Origin: Phoronis australis
Taxonomy: Eukaryota; Animalia; Phoronida
Length of the DNA stretch: 44,784 nt
Assembly (NCBI GenBank): GCA_002633005.1
Contig: NMRA01000252.1
Location: forward strand, 531,809 to 576,592
Direction: 5' to 3'
The notes below the pieces were generated by a model. It was given only the letters and a program-made list of their open reading frames with translations, did not search any database and was not told the origin of the DNA. Positions within the stretch are counted from its first letter, which is position 1; the number at the start of each line of letters is the position of its first letter. A program made the translations under genes and the position numbers. Shown piece after piece: positions 10,439 through 22,055 of the stretch.

Positions 10439-11469
10439 GATGAGAGACAAAACATTATATCTAAAGTCATAATATAATATCTGTTAAACCTTATCACCTT
10501 CAATGAGGCCATGGCGACAGGTTACGCAATAATACGTAATGTTATAAGAATATTGCATTTTTGAAAGATTCCCCAAGTTTGACAAATGACTTGAAGGTCA
10601 ACTTTGGCAGATATTGGATAGACTTTAGCACTCTAACAGTGAAAGTAGCTGTACAGACTATTTACCACTCTAACAGTGCAAGTGCCTGAAAATGTCTGTT
10701 GACCACATACACTTGTATTGCACAGATCACTAGGTTGCCATTCTTTAGATATTACTCACTAACACTGCTATAGGACACGTGAAAAAAAATGAAACCAAAC
10801 TCTGACTCCGCACAATGGCACGCCACTCGCTGTGCTCTCTTGGTTAATAGCACGTTATAACTGGAAATTATGGCTCTGTTCATTCAACATGGCTGGTAAC
10901 GCTGCGTCATTTAGGTCTGCAAACTATTGACATTCAAGTTCAAAACAACAAAGTGATCCCCTTTACAGTTGGTATCTCCACGTTTGCTGGCTCGACATAT
11001 CTAAGTGCATTTAGTAATTCAATGAAAACAGATTTGATTGACAGATGTCATGACTTATGGCTATTTCAAAGCAACAACCGTGAAATATTGCTATGGTGAT
11101 TATCCATTTATTTGACACACAATGAAATAAAGGTCAAAATTATAATTTTACAGTTGTCAAAGGCTGATTACATTGATCCAAATAACAAACACTTTAACAA
11201 TTTGAAATGTTTTTTCAAAATCTGCAAATAACAAACAATGCTATGATCCAATCAAATTTTCTTTTAATCTTTTCTTGGAGAACTTGTTCAAAACAAAACT
11301 TAACTCGTCGGCCATATTGTGTGGTAAATATGTGAAGAGTTACTGAATTGCCAACAAAACCTTGTGTTCAATGTTGACAGAGGTCAACCAGCCTAGTGAC
11401 CTCACTTAGCATGATTTATGATTTTAGCTCAACCAATAAGAAGACAGGATGTGCAGTTGTGCTACTCAC

Positions 11470-11596
11470 ACTAGACCAAGTGAAGAATGTAAGTTAGTCC
11501 TTCGCACAATCTTCAAAACGTCTGGATAATCGGGAAAAATCTTCTTCTTGTTCACAAATCTTTCAATTTTGTGATTAACTTCTTTGTATCTTGTCC
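11470..11596 (-). CDS. DAXX: DAXX coding exon 4 (GTRYKEVNHKIERFVNKKKIFPDYPDVLKIVRRTNLHSSLGL-V)
   Basis: tttcag| and |gtgagt, phase 1-2. Contains the conserved GTRYxEVN and FPDYxDVL motifs. Too short for the ORF track. Confidence 0.93.
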
Positions 11597-11720
11597 CTGA
11601 AATATCGCCAGAGAATTAAATCAAACGTATCAAAAATATAAGAACTAAGTAACAGTAGTGTGCAAGAATCTGGAGCTGTGGAAAAAGTATCCAACATGTG
11701 GAGCAACAGGCAAACATAGT

Positions 11721-11880
11721 GTGTCTAGGGATGTACAGCATTGTAAAGTGTAAGTGTCTAGGGATGTACAGCATTGTAAAGTGTAAGTGTCTAGGGATGT
11801 ACAGCATTGTAAAGTGTAACTTAGCTGGTAGCATGGTGTGTCTTTGAATTTACAGCATTGTAAAGTGTAAGTTAGCTGGT
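11721..11880. repeat. 33-bp tandem repeat (gtgtctagggatgtacagcattgtaaagtgtaa), 3 copies plus a degenerate one
   Basis: Direct reading. Confidence 0.85.
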
Positions 11881-12529
11881 AGAGGTGTCAGACTTTGTGA
11901 ATATCTCTCTGAATGTGAACATCTATGTTTGACATAGAAGTTGGTTTACTGAAGCATAATGAATAGACCTATCGCCAGGATTTTGAGTGAAGGCTTAACT
12001 GACCAATTAGAAAGCATCATTATTGAAACACCTTCGTTTCCAAGTCGCCAATTCATCCGACAAACAACTCGTTGCCGGGTAAAACTTATAGTTTGTTAGT
12101 CAACATTACGCAAGGGGGAGGATCTTACGACAGGTCAATTGAGTATCCTGAGTTGAAATCAATTTGTGAGTTGTGTAACATACCAGAATTTTCAATTCTG
12201 TAAAAAATCATGGGACTGGAAATGTGGTAATTTCAAAAATTAATCTATCTGGTGATAACGAACATCTAGGCACTGCTTTCGTGCACAATACGTTTCATCA
12301 AAGATTTTAAAAACATATAGTTTTATGGTTCTACTATTAAAATTTATCAAGTAATTTAAGAACTTGAGACATTGGTAACAATGGCATCTTATAACGTTAA
12401 ATTAAGTCAATTGCAAATCACCTGTATGTCCGAGTAAATGAGAGGGCTTAGATTGAATTGGTTTAAGCTATTCACATTTCTACACTAATTCCAAAACAGT
12501 TTTGTATAAACATGGTACAGTTGACAAAC

Positions 12530-12722
12530 CTGAAAACTTGAACTTCTGTTCAACTGGCCGTCCTGTGGTGGGTTTTCGACCTTTAACCTTACACAGTTTC
12601 TCCCAGATTTTGACAAACCGCTTCTTCAGCTTCTCTTCCATAATGTAGGATGACTCGTCAGAGTCAAGGTCGTCCAAGGTCAACTCTCGTTCCTCCAGGT
12701 TACGAATAGCTTTACTTGTCTT
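12530..12722 (-). CDS. DAXX: DAXX coding exon 3, histone-binding domain (KTSKAIRNLEERELTLDDLDSDESSYIMEEKLKKRFVKIWEKLCKVKGRKPTTGRPVEQKFKFS-G)
   Basis: ttttgtag| and |gtttgt, phase 0-1. Aligns to human IRRLQEKELDLSELDDPDSAYLQEARLKRKLIRLFGRLCELK...TGRVIEQ. Confidence 0.93.
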
Positions 12723-12943
12723 CTACAAAAGAAGAGAGGATATTTTCCTTTATAAGAATGTGATTACTACAAAAATCACAACCACCCAATTGCAAAATGC
12801 AGTACAATTTGTTCTGTTAGTGTACATATGTGGTGAACGTAGCCCACTTGTTCTGTAAGTGTATAGATGTGGTGAACTCAACCAATATTTTATGGAGTTG
12901 TCTTGAGCTTGAGTGGCACAGCAGTTACAATAGCTAACTACAG

Positions 12944-13122
12944 AGACAATAACTAAGTGTACCGACAATAACTAAGTGTACAGACAATATCTAAGTGTAC
13001 CGACAATACCTAAGTGTACTGACAATAACTAAGTGTACCGACAATAACTAAGTGTACCGACAATAACTAAGTGTACCGACAATAAGTAAGTGTGCTGACA
13101 ATAACTAAGTGTACTAGCAATA
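12944..13122. repeat. 19-bp minisatellite (gacaataactaagtgtacc), about 9 copies
   Basis: Direct reading. Confidence 0.92.
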
Positions 13123-13277
13123 ACAAATTCCAGTTTCAACTTTTTCCCTACAAGTGGAAACAATAAGTTTCTTTGATGAATGTGTTTCCTATCAACATGT
13201 TTGATTCGAGTAAACCATTCTTTGTGTCCTTCACAACAGAGTTACTGATAATAATTTAAAGGTAGATCTCAACTTAC

Positions 13278-15531
13278 CTCCAAAAGCTGTTCAAGCCTCC
13301 TGATCTGTCTCTCTGAGCCTAATGCTCTCTCACCATCACCCCCTTGTCTCTCTGAGCCTGACGTTCTCTCACCATCACCCCCCTGTCTCTCTGAGCCTGA
13401 CGCTCTATCACCATTATCCTTCTGCCCACTGGTCCCTGTCTTGTTGTCAACACTCTCATTACAAGTGACTACATCCAATCCCACAATTCCTTCTGCTTCA
13501 TTTCCTCTCTCATTGAGCCGTGTCTGTACTTCACGGAGAAGTTGATCTGAGGTTTGAGCTTTTCCGGTGACTTGACCATTAACAACTGGTTGGTCATACT
13601 TTGGAGTGATCACGGCAGCTCCACACACAGTCTCGTCATGAGTCACAGACGGTTTAGACACTGATGTGTCACCGTCGTGAGTAACCAAACACGGTTGTCC
13701 AAAATTGCGCATGATCACGACTGGTTGACTATTGGGCATGTTAATGACTTGAACAACAGAGGGAGCATCACTAGTGGACTGTTTCAATACAGCTTCTTCA
13801 GATGTGATGTGAGTGGATTTGGTGTGAAGTTTGTCAGTAACAGAGCACGAGAGTACGGATGAGGCAACACTTTTATGAACACTAAATGGTCCATTGTCAA
13901 TTGGCAGTGTGGATGAAATGACTTCTAGATCTGAGTCGGAGTCACTTTCATCAGCTTTGCTTTTACCTTGGGACACCTGAGTTGATGACGCACTCTGGGA
14001 TGAAAGTTGAGGGCTTTTTGAAGTTCGACCCTTGTTATCCCCTGACGCGGTGGAAATTGGTGCAGAAGATGATCCACTCTGGGCTGTGACGAGTAGCCTG
14101 TGGGATGCAACAGGCATTCTGTGGGCTGGGGCAGGCAACTGTTGGGCTGAGACGGGCAACCGCTGAGCTGCGACGGACAATCGCTGGGGTGTGACGGGCA
14201 ACCGCTGGGGTGTGACGGGCAACCGCTGGGCTGCGACGGGCAACCGCTGAGCCGTGACGGGCAACCGTTGGGCTGTGATGGGTAACCTCTGGGCTGCAAC
14301 AGGCAAATGCTGGGCAGGAACGGGCAACTGCTGGGCTGCAACTGGCAAACCCTGGGCCGCAACGGGAAGCCGCTGGAGTGCAACAGGTAGGCTGTGAGTT
14401 CCAGAATTTGACGAATCCCTAGTTAAATCAATGTGAGGTACATATATACAGGCCATGGACACAGTCCTGGCTGGACTAGCAAGTCTGAGCGGAACATTTG
14501 GCTTCACAACAAGTCCTTTTACAGGGGGGATGATCCCAGCATTAAGGTCACCCATTGTAGTCAAAGGGTGAAGTACATGAGGGTCTACCTTGTTGAATAC
14601 ACTGCGCACATTATCCCGCTTTACAGCTACTTTTGTGGCTTGTTTGTGTGCTGAAGGGTTTGGTAGTAACGGTGGACCCTCTTCTTGTACAATTTCCACA
14701 TCACTGTTCTGGCTACAGGGTGACTCCCCACCATCAGCTGTTGAACGTTCGTGTGACTGGTCATGTGATACATCATGTGACTTGTCACATGATGCGTCAT
14801 GTGACTTAGCATNGTACATGAGGGTCTACCTTGTTGAATACGCTGCGCACATTATCCCGCTTTATGGCTACTTTTGTGGCTTGTTTGTGTGCTGAAGGGT
14901 TTGGTAGTAACGGTGGACCCTCTTCTTGTACAATTTCCACATCACTGTTCTGGCTACAGGGTGACTCCCCACCATCAGCGGTTGAACGTTCGTGTGACTG
15001 GTCATGTGATACATCATGTGACTTGTCACGTGATGCGTCATGTGACTTAGCATGAATCTTGATAGGATCACTAGAACACGGTGCACTGACTTCGTCACAT
15101 TTTGCTTTGTGCGTGACTGGATCATCATTGTCTGTTACACACCTGTGCTCTGTTGATATATTTGTCGAATGATTATCTTTTTTACTGTGTTCACCAACAG
15201 AAGCAACGGAAGTGCTGTCTACTGAACCGTTCAATGCCAGTCTTTTATGTGCTGGCGCATCATGGTCACCCACCTCGTGCGAACGTTTGTGTCGGTATTT
15301 CTCGAGGTGTTTAGGAGTATTGAGGTTCTCATAGGCCTTCAGTTCACCAAGAAGGTCCTTGAAGTGAACAAACCTATGCTTTGAGTCATTTAACATTTTA
15401 CGTTCAGTCGCCTGCAGTAACTGGGCAAAGTCAGCTGAACGTAAGAAATGAGGATTTGACTTTTGGTATCTCTTCCTGGCCAGCTTTATTAGGTTGGCAT
15501 CCTTCAACACTGGAGATACTTTCCTCAAAAA
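13278..15531 (-). CDS. DAXX: DAXX coding exon 2: helical bundle, long disordered linker and start of the histone-binding domain (contains a 240-bp assembly duplicate plus N at 14813)
   Basis: tttcag| at 15532, |gtaagt at 13277. FLRSADFAQLL...FVHFKDLLGELKAY resembles human FLASAEFCNIL...YVYINELCTVLKAH; GSERQIRRLEQLL resembles GSRRQIQRLEQLL. Removing 241 nt leaves 2013 nt of uninterrupted frame. Confidence 0.9.
14076..14390 (-). repeat. coding 21-bp repeat, 15 x LPV(A/T)AQR-like heptads within DAXX
   Basis: Translation LPVALQR LPVAAQG LPVAAQQ ... LLVTAQS. Confidence 0.92.
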
Positions 15532-16155
15532 CTGAAACAAAAGACACCATTAGGACTACAGAGCACAAAACACGAATTAAGACACCAATAAGACTGCAGA
15601 GCACAAAACAAGGAGAATTTAGACTTTGAGAGACAAGGTCCTGACTGAGCACATTTAGCCCTATACTCATGAGTCCTTCGTGAAATACATTGATCCCATT
15701 GGATCCGTTGATAGCACCAAAAAATAAACATAGCATTTACCTTTTTTACTTTACAATCAAAGAACACCACTTTCATTGTTTATATTTGATAATAAAATCA
15801 TTAAATAATGTTACAGCAACAAGCTACTCATGTTTGGTCAAGAATTGTAATGCTTGAATGAAATCAGTAAGTCTGGCATATTCACATTTTAACATACACA
15901 GGAAGCATGAGTCCGAGATCTTCACATTTTACCATACACAGAAAGTGTAATTTTGGCATCTTCACATTTTTATATATACACGGAAAGTGTGAGTCTGAGA
16001 TCTTCACATTTCAACAGAAAGCGACAATGGGACTTCAACACAGCTGATAGTCTTCCTTTACATATATCACCGAGGAAGATAACAGTTAGAAACAACAAAA
16101 TTAATTTAGTGAACACTGAACACTCACATTAATCACTCGTAGAAATACGGCTTAC

Positions 16156-16188
16156 CTCTTTGAAAACTGGAATTTCTTCTGCTTCCAT
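16156..16188 (-). CDS. DAXX: DAXX coding exon 1 (MEAEEIPVFKE)
   Basis: ATG 16188-16186, donor |gtaagc, acceptor ttgtag| 7 nt upstream (exon begins at 16195). Splicing gives VFKE-FLRKV, matching LFEEFLEL at the start of the human Daxx helical bundle. The frame is open upstream, so the true start could lie in an earlier exon. Confidence 0.75.
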
Positions 16189-16904
16189 AGTCACCCTACA
16201 ATACACAATTGATTTTAAACAACTCAAATGTAAGATGAAATTCTGAGTGAATTTTGTTTCAGCTAAGTTGTCACCATCTCCAAAAGATGTCATTTTACCA
16301 AATCAAAAAATCAAACAAAGGAACGTGCGTGTTAAAAAGGTGTTCAGCAAATTATTTGTCTCTTTTAAATGTCCAGCAGATAAGGTGCATGTGAACGAAG
16401 GAGTTGTAAAGACTATGTAGAGCTGGGTGTGTTACATTTTAAGGTAAGTTTCACGGACTGAAAAAGCGACCTTCACTTAAACTGACACCTGGTAGAGTCT
16501 TGCCCAGCTTTTTATAGGCTAAGGAGCAACCTACTGGATGGCATTGTTACATGCCTACAACATATAGTGCATGGCAACAAATGGAAACGTCTGTCCGTTT
16601 TCCTAAAGGAGACTGGCAGACTTGAAAACTTTCTTCACGAGGAGCCATAATTGGGGTCTCGTGCCTTTGTTCAGGTGTTTTGTGCAATGGGCCCAACCAT
16701 GAGGCCTGCGCACGTCTGATGCACCGCAAATGACATCAGACCACCTGCACTGTTTTTTTTTTTTTTTTTTTTTAAACTGACAACCTTTTATGCACATCTG
16801 TTCCAAGCCATGTACTGACGTCCAGTCATACACAACTATGTGTCTAGGTGGTTGTACTACCAACAGTATGACAATCCAGATGCAATGCTATTTCCCCATT
16901 AAAG

Positions 16905-17168
16905 GTTATCCACTTACAATACAGTGCCTAAGTTACCCACGTACAATACAGTGCCTAAGTTATCCACTTACAATACAGTGCCTAAGTTATCCACTTACAA
17001 TACAGTGACTAAGTTACCCACTTACAATACAGTGACTAAGTTACCCACTTACAATACAGTGCCTAAGTTACCCACGTACAATACAGTGCCTAAGTTATCC
17101 ACTTACAATACAGTGCCTAAGTTATCCACTTACAATACAGCACTTAAGTTACCCACTTACAATACAGC
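16905..17168. repeat. 27-bp minisatellite (tacaatacagtgcctaagttatccact), about 10 copies
   Basis: Direct reading. Confidence 0.93.
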
Positions 17169-17749
17169 GCTCAAGGAAAGGAAGGTCAAGGAGGCTGTCT
17201 ACCTTAGAACAAGATGTCCCCTATTTGAAAAAGATCAGAGAGGGCAGAAACGTCCGACTCACCAGACTCCTATGCTTTTTAGTAAGTGATTTAGCCATTT
17301 ATCATCACACCATCGGAAAATAATGCAAGACCTTTTCCCAACGCATGGTTCAGCATTGGCAAGACACTGAAGTTTTATGATTGGGAAATTTTCAGTGCCA
17401 TTGGCCTCTTCTATTAGAGCTCCGGAATCTCCTTCAATTGTTATTTGGTTACCTGCTGCTAGCCAATGCGAAATTTTGTTACGCTGCCTTGCAAAAAACA
17501 CAGACAGCTATCCAAGAACACACCCTGAATACTGCAAAAAAGTAAACAGACAGGAGTGAGAAATGTCCCGATAGAACTGAACTGAGACTAGGAATGATGC
17601 AACATAAAGAACTCACAGACCTCAAGTCTTCAATGCAATGAAAATGAAAGACAGTGACATCGTCCCTATTTAGCACAATGGGATATATCTTCTCGCGTCT
17701 TTGTAAAAATGGCCAGTTGCCGATTTGGGCCACTGAACGAAGGATAGTG

Positions 17750-17885
17750 CGAAAAAAAAATTGATAACGAACACATTTGTTATAGTTGGAAGGAATTAAT
17801 GACATTTACAACCTCCTCAGGCATCCCTCTATGTGAACAAGGTACTTTTACCAAATGACTTTGATGGTTTAATCAGTCTGAGGTA
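17750..17885. mobile_element. degenerate fragment of the long-TIR element family seen at 23823-24757
   Basis: gttggaaggaattaa..acaacctcctcagg..cctctatgtg..aaggta..tgactttgatggtttaatc matches 24567-24660. Confidence 0.75.
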
Positions 17886-18494
17886 CAATTCACAGAAAAG
17901 ATTAAGGCACATGAAGACCCTGATGGAGCATCACTCACGCTATTGTTAAGGAAGTCTATGAAAGGGGTGCGAGCTGCGTTGTGAGTGCAAGTTGGTTCTA
18001 CTCCACAGTACAGATGTATGAGGGTTGAAGATGAATCTGTGGTAGTCACAATTGAAGTAAGGCTGTGGGGTCGTGCCATGACAAGAGGGTGAGAGGAGTT
18101 GGGGCCAAATAGGGGCCATTGTCAACAGTAACAAGTTTATTTGAAATCTTGAAGCATTATTTTCCTAGCAACACCACATCAGGTCATAAGACACATACAG
18201 CCTATGTAAGCAGATATTTGTCCCACACTCTTGATGATCCGTGGTACCAGGCAGGGCAACATGGAGATGTCCTTCTTAGGGTGGCATCGTCGTACGAATG
18301 GAACAAACTTCATAGTCCAGTAGTGGTTAGTAATGGTCAGTAGTGGTCAGACCAGTATCGAGATTGGAGGAGCTCAGCTGGAGGTTCTGTTGTGACGTGA
18401 GACTTCTGTGTGTGACATGGAGTCGCATGAAATCTCTTTAATAAATCACTTGCAAAGTGGCAATTGCCCCTTGGCTTTTAAGCCAAGGGGCAAT

Positions 18495-18731
18495 TGCATT
18501 CCACGGTATTTGTGCCATGGACTTAAAAATTTCAAATCAGCCTTTTAACTTTCATTTTGATGTTAAAACATAGTTTAATCATTCAATTTTGTTGTCTGCA
18601 GGTCCATTTTCTGTTAGTCTTAGAAATTTTGCTTTTATCGGAAGGTTTATCTCGTATTTGTAAAATTTTGCGTTACAGATGTGACATAACTTTTTTCATA
18701 ATTTTTTCTACAGACATGAAGAAATAAATGC
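18495..18731. mobile_element. second copy of the left end of the 19713-22055 element, cut by a single-N junction
   Basis: Near-identical to 19715-19951 with a few substitutions. Confidence 0.85.
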
Positions 18732-19712
18732 NAAACATCTCTCAGTTTTTAAAATAATCCTTAGACTTAGCGGTCCTTCACCTTCCCGCGGCAGACAACA
18801 TTTCTAAGTATGTAGAATGTGCATGTCAATCGCTAACAGAAGCCAGGATAGAATTCACTAATGTTAGGACCACGCGAGGTAAACGCGAGATATTACCGTG
18901 TGACTTCAATGAGAGCACGTGATTTTCAGCGCAAGACATATATTTTGAACTTTACTCATTGACATCATCCGCTGTCCCAAATCTCGAATACTCCCCCAAA
19001 ATCGCAAATGTCACGCACGGCCACCGAAGTTGAGTTTGCGAATGCTTGGCAGATTTTTAGAGGGAGTATGCGCCACAGGTGTAATGTTCATGCTGCCTAC
19101 GAAACTCCTTATAAGGTAAGGAGATGACCTCGGTCAATCTCAATGGTCTGTGGCACCAAAAGTAACCAATAATATCCATCTACGTGGGAAATACATAAAC
19201 AACAACCAATTAGAACCATCAAAAACAGTTTCATGCAAATGTTTGTTGAGACTGGTAGCGGTAAAGTCTGTGTCGTGTGGCCCACCCAATATTGAAAAAT
19301 GTGCTACGAAAACCAAAATTCTGGCCTCCCAAAAGACGGCCATAGTCTAAACTGCTGCACAGCGGTGTCTTTACTGACAACATATACTTCGCTGACAACA
19401 TATACTTCGCAGAACTAACCACCAAGTCTTAATTATTTTCAATCTGTAATATGACCAGTTGTCCATGGAACACAAAAAGGTGACTTCAATAGGCCTAACA
19501 ATCAGCAACTTTTGTGCTGGACCGCACCTCCAGTGAGCAGGTAGTGGATTAGGCTTATAGGTACCACTGACACAGGGCCTTTGTTTAAATTCAATTGACT
19601 AAAACTAGTTGTTCAAGATGAATTAAATAGATAATTGAGAGATTATTTACACGCCATGTTACACCATAAATAGACTAGCAGCGGGGTCTGCAGCTCGAGT
19701 GAAACCGGTGAA

Positions 19713-22055
19713 GGTGCATTCCACGGTATTTGTGCCATGGACTTAAAAATTTCAAATCAGCCTTTTAACTTTCATTTTGATGTTTACACATAGTTTAATC
19801 GTTGAATTTTGTTGTCTGCAGGTCCATTTTCTGTTAGTCTTAGAAATTTTGCTTTTATCGGAAGGTTTATCTCTTATTTGTAAAATTTTGCGTTACAGAT
19901 GTGACATAACTTTTTTCATAATTTTTTCTACAGGCATGAAGAAATAAATGCCAAAATTGTTTTAATATATCATTTGCTACACAAGAAGTATACTAACTGT
20001 TGAAACTACCTGATTTTTTGATAATTAGTATTTCCAATTAAACTTTCAAATTAGTGAAAGTCACATCTGTAACATTTAAGTAACAAAAGTTTTGATTTTA
20101 GGAAAAAAAGTAAATCAATTTTAACACAATTTAATTTTCTCTTTATTCACCCTAATCAACATAATTTAGCAAAATTTCTTAAATGTATCTCAATCCAGTT
20201 CCAAAAAAAGCAAAAAACATTTCAAGTCACATCTGTAACAGTTTGTTACAGATGTGACATGATGTAAGAAATGTGACCATCTTTTGCANTTTAGCAAAAT
20301 TTCTCAAATGTATCTCAATCCAGTTCCAAAAAAATCAAAAAACATTTCAAGTCACATCTGTAACAAACTGTTACAGATGTGACATGATGTAAGAAATGTG
20401 ACCATCTTTTGCAGCCACTAAGTAAAGATTTACTTTTCATGACTCAATTTTTAAAAGGTGTGTATGATTAATTTGAACAAATATCTATGAAGAATTGTTA
20501 AAGCCAATGTTAATCATCTACTGAGCCAAGTACTCCCCGTTTAGCGATAGTTCACGGCTAACAGTAACATCGACACACACTGCGGTGAAGAACACATGCA
20601 CTGAAGGTCCCCTTCATTCACTATAGCAACCAGCTGAAAAATCCATAAACTTCACCCAAAGCACAAGCTGAAAATCCGCCCACTTCACTGGAGGCATATC
20701 CCCCTTCATCAGAGGGACTGATAAGTATTTTTTCTGTCAGTGATTTTGTGGTTATTGAGTTCCGAGGTATTCGTTTCAAGCAAGATGTTCCATCAAAACT
20801 GGTATTACGGTGTTAAGCAGATAGACCAGAGTCAAAAACGTACTACCGCACCTTCAAAACAGCTTACCAGCCCGAAAAACACAAACCCCGACCTCTAAAA
20901 CAGAAACCCTGGGGATCGGACAGGACACCCCGGACCGAAACACCACTCCTGTACTTGCTTTCCAACATTGTTTATTGCAAGAAAATAGTGCCTTTATTAG
21001 CACTCTGTGTTCATACGACTTGTATCAATTTCACATTTTGATGAAACAATAAATCTTCCTATTTTAAATAGTTGATGTGATATGTTGTTTTAAACAACTT
21101 AGGACTGATCTGTAGCAAAAAAAGTGTTCATTCTTAAATCGCGGACGTGTGTACAGTGTACTAGACAGGGTGAACAATGAAAAATGGCATGTGCTTGAGT
21201 GGTGGATGCCACAATGGTCACAGAATTCTAAAGGATTATCTACCAAAAAAGCATGTGAATGCGTAGAGTTCAGAAATTCCGATTCCAAATTTAGTGATCA
21301 TTGAGGAGTTGAAGTAACTCTTCTTGAGGACAAGAACAGAAAAGTTGGTGACCACAAATTGCACGAGTTTTAAGCAACAAGTCAACATAACGTAAGTTAC
21401 GTTTTATTATTGCTAATCTTTAACAAATTCAGAAAACAAATGGAAAGTACTAGAAAATGCTCAGTTTGAGGCTATTGACGTTGTCTTAGANNNNNNNNNN
21501 NNNNNNNNNNNNNNNNNNNNATCAAAAACACTAAAATAGTTTACCCACAACCCTTACATACACTTAATGTGATTTTATTAGCTTTGTTTTCATTAAAATT
21601 GCATTCTACAACTCTGTATAGTGCAAGTGCCAAATAGTCACATCTGTAACAGTCACATCTGTAACGCACGTGGTTTTTTTAAATTGCTCATAATTATACA
21701 AAGACTTGATTTTAGTTCAAAAACCTTTTCTTCATGTTATAGCCAAATAAATAGTTAAATTATCTATAGGGAAACTAGTTCCATAATATGAAAGACAGAA
21801 CAGAGTTTTTAGACAAACCACCATTAGCATATTAACCATGGCATTTTCGGTCACATCTGTAACACCAATTAAAAGTAAATTTTAGTACACTTATAATGTG
21901 CAGAATTAAAAACTTTTGATACCTGAAAAACTTCCATCAAGTGTGTAATGTGTACTTAAAATTTCTTACTACTGTGATGTTTCACTAATTTTATATTGGA
22001 ATTTAAAGTGTCTGAATGTCACATCTGTAACAAAACCAATACTGTGGAATGCACC
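19713..22055. mobile_element. non-autonomous DNA transposon, Kolobok-like (GG...CC ends, TGAA/TTAA flanks)
   Basis: TIR ggtgcattccacggtatt vs aatactgtggaatgcacc (1 mismatch), flanked by tgaa and ttaa. The 14-mer gtcacatctgtaac recurs about 10 times in both orientations. The superfamily call is inferred. Confidence 0.75.

Noticed and set aside
14806-14819. DAXX as two genes or a frameshifted pseudogene
   Set aside because: The break coincides with a single N and a 240-bp duplicate; all other exons are intact and in phase.
16924-17289. 121-aa ORF with PKLPTYNTV repeats
   Set aside because: 27-bp minisatellite with no splice or homology support.
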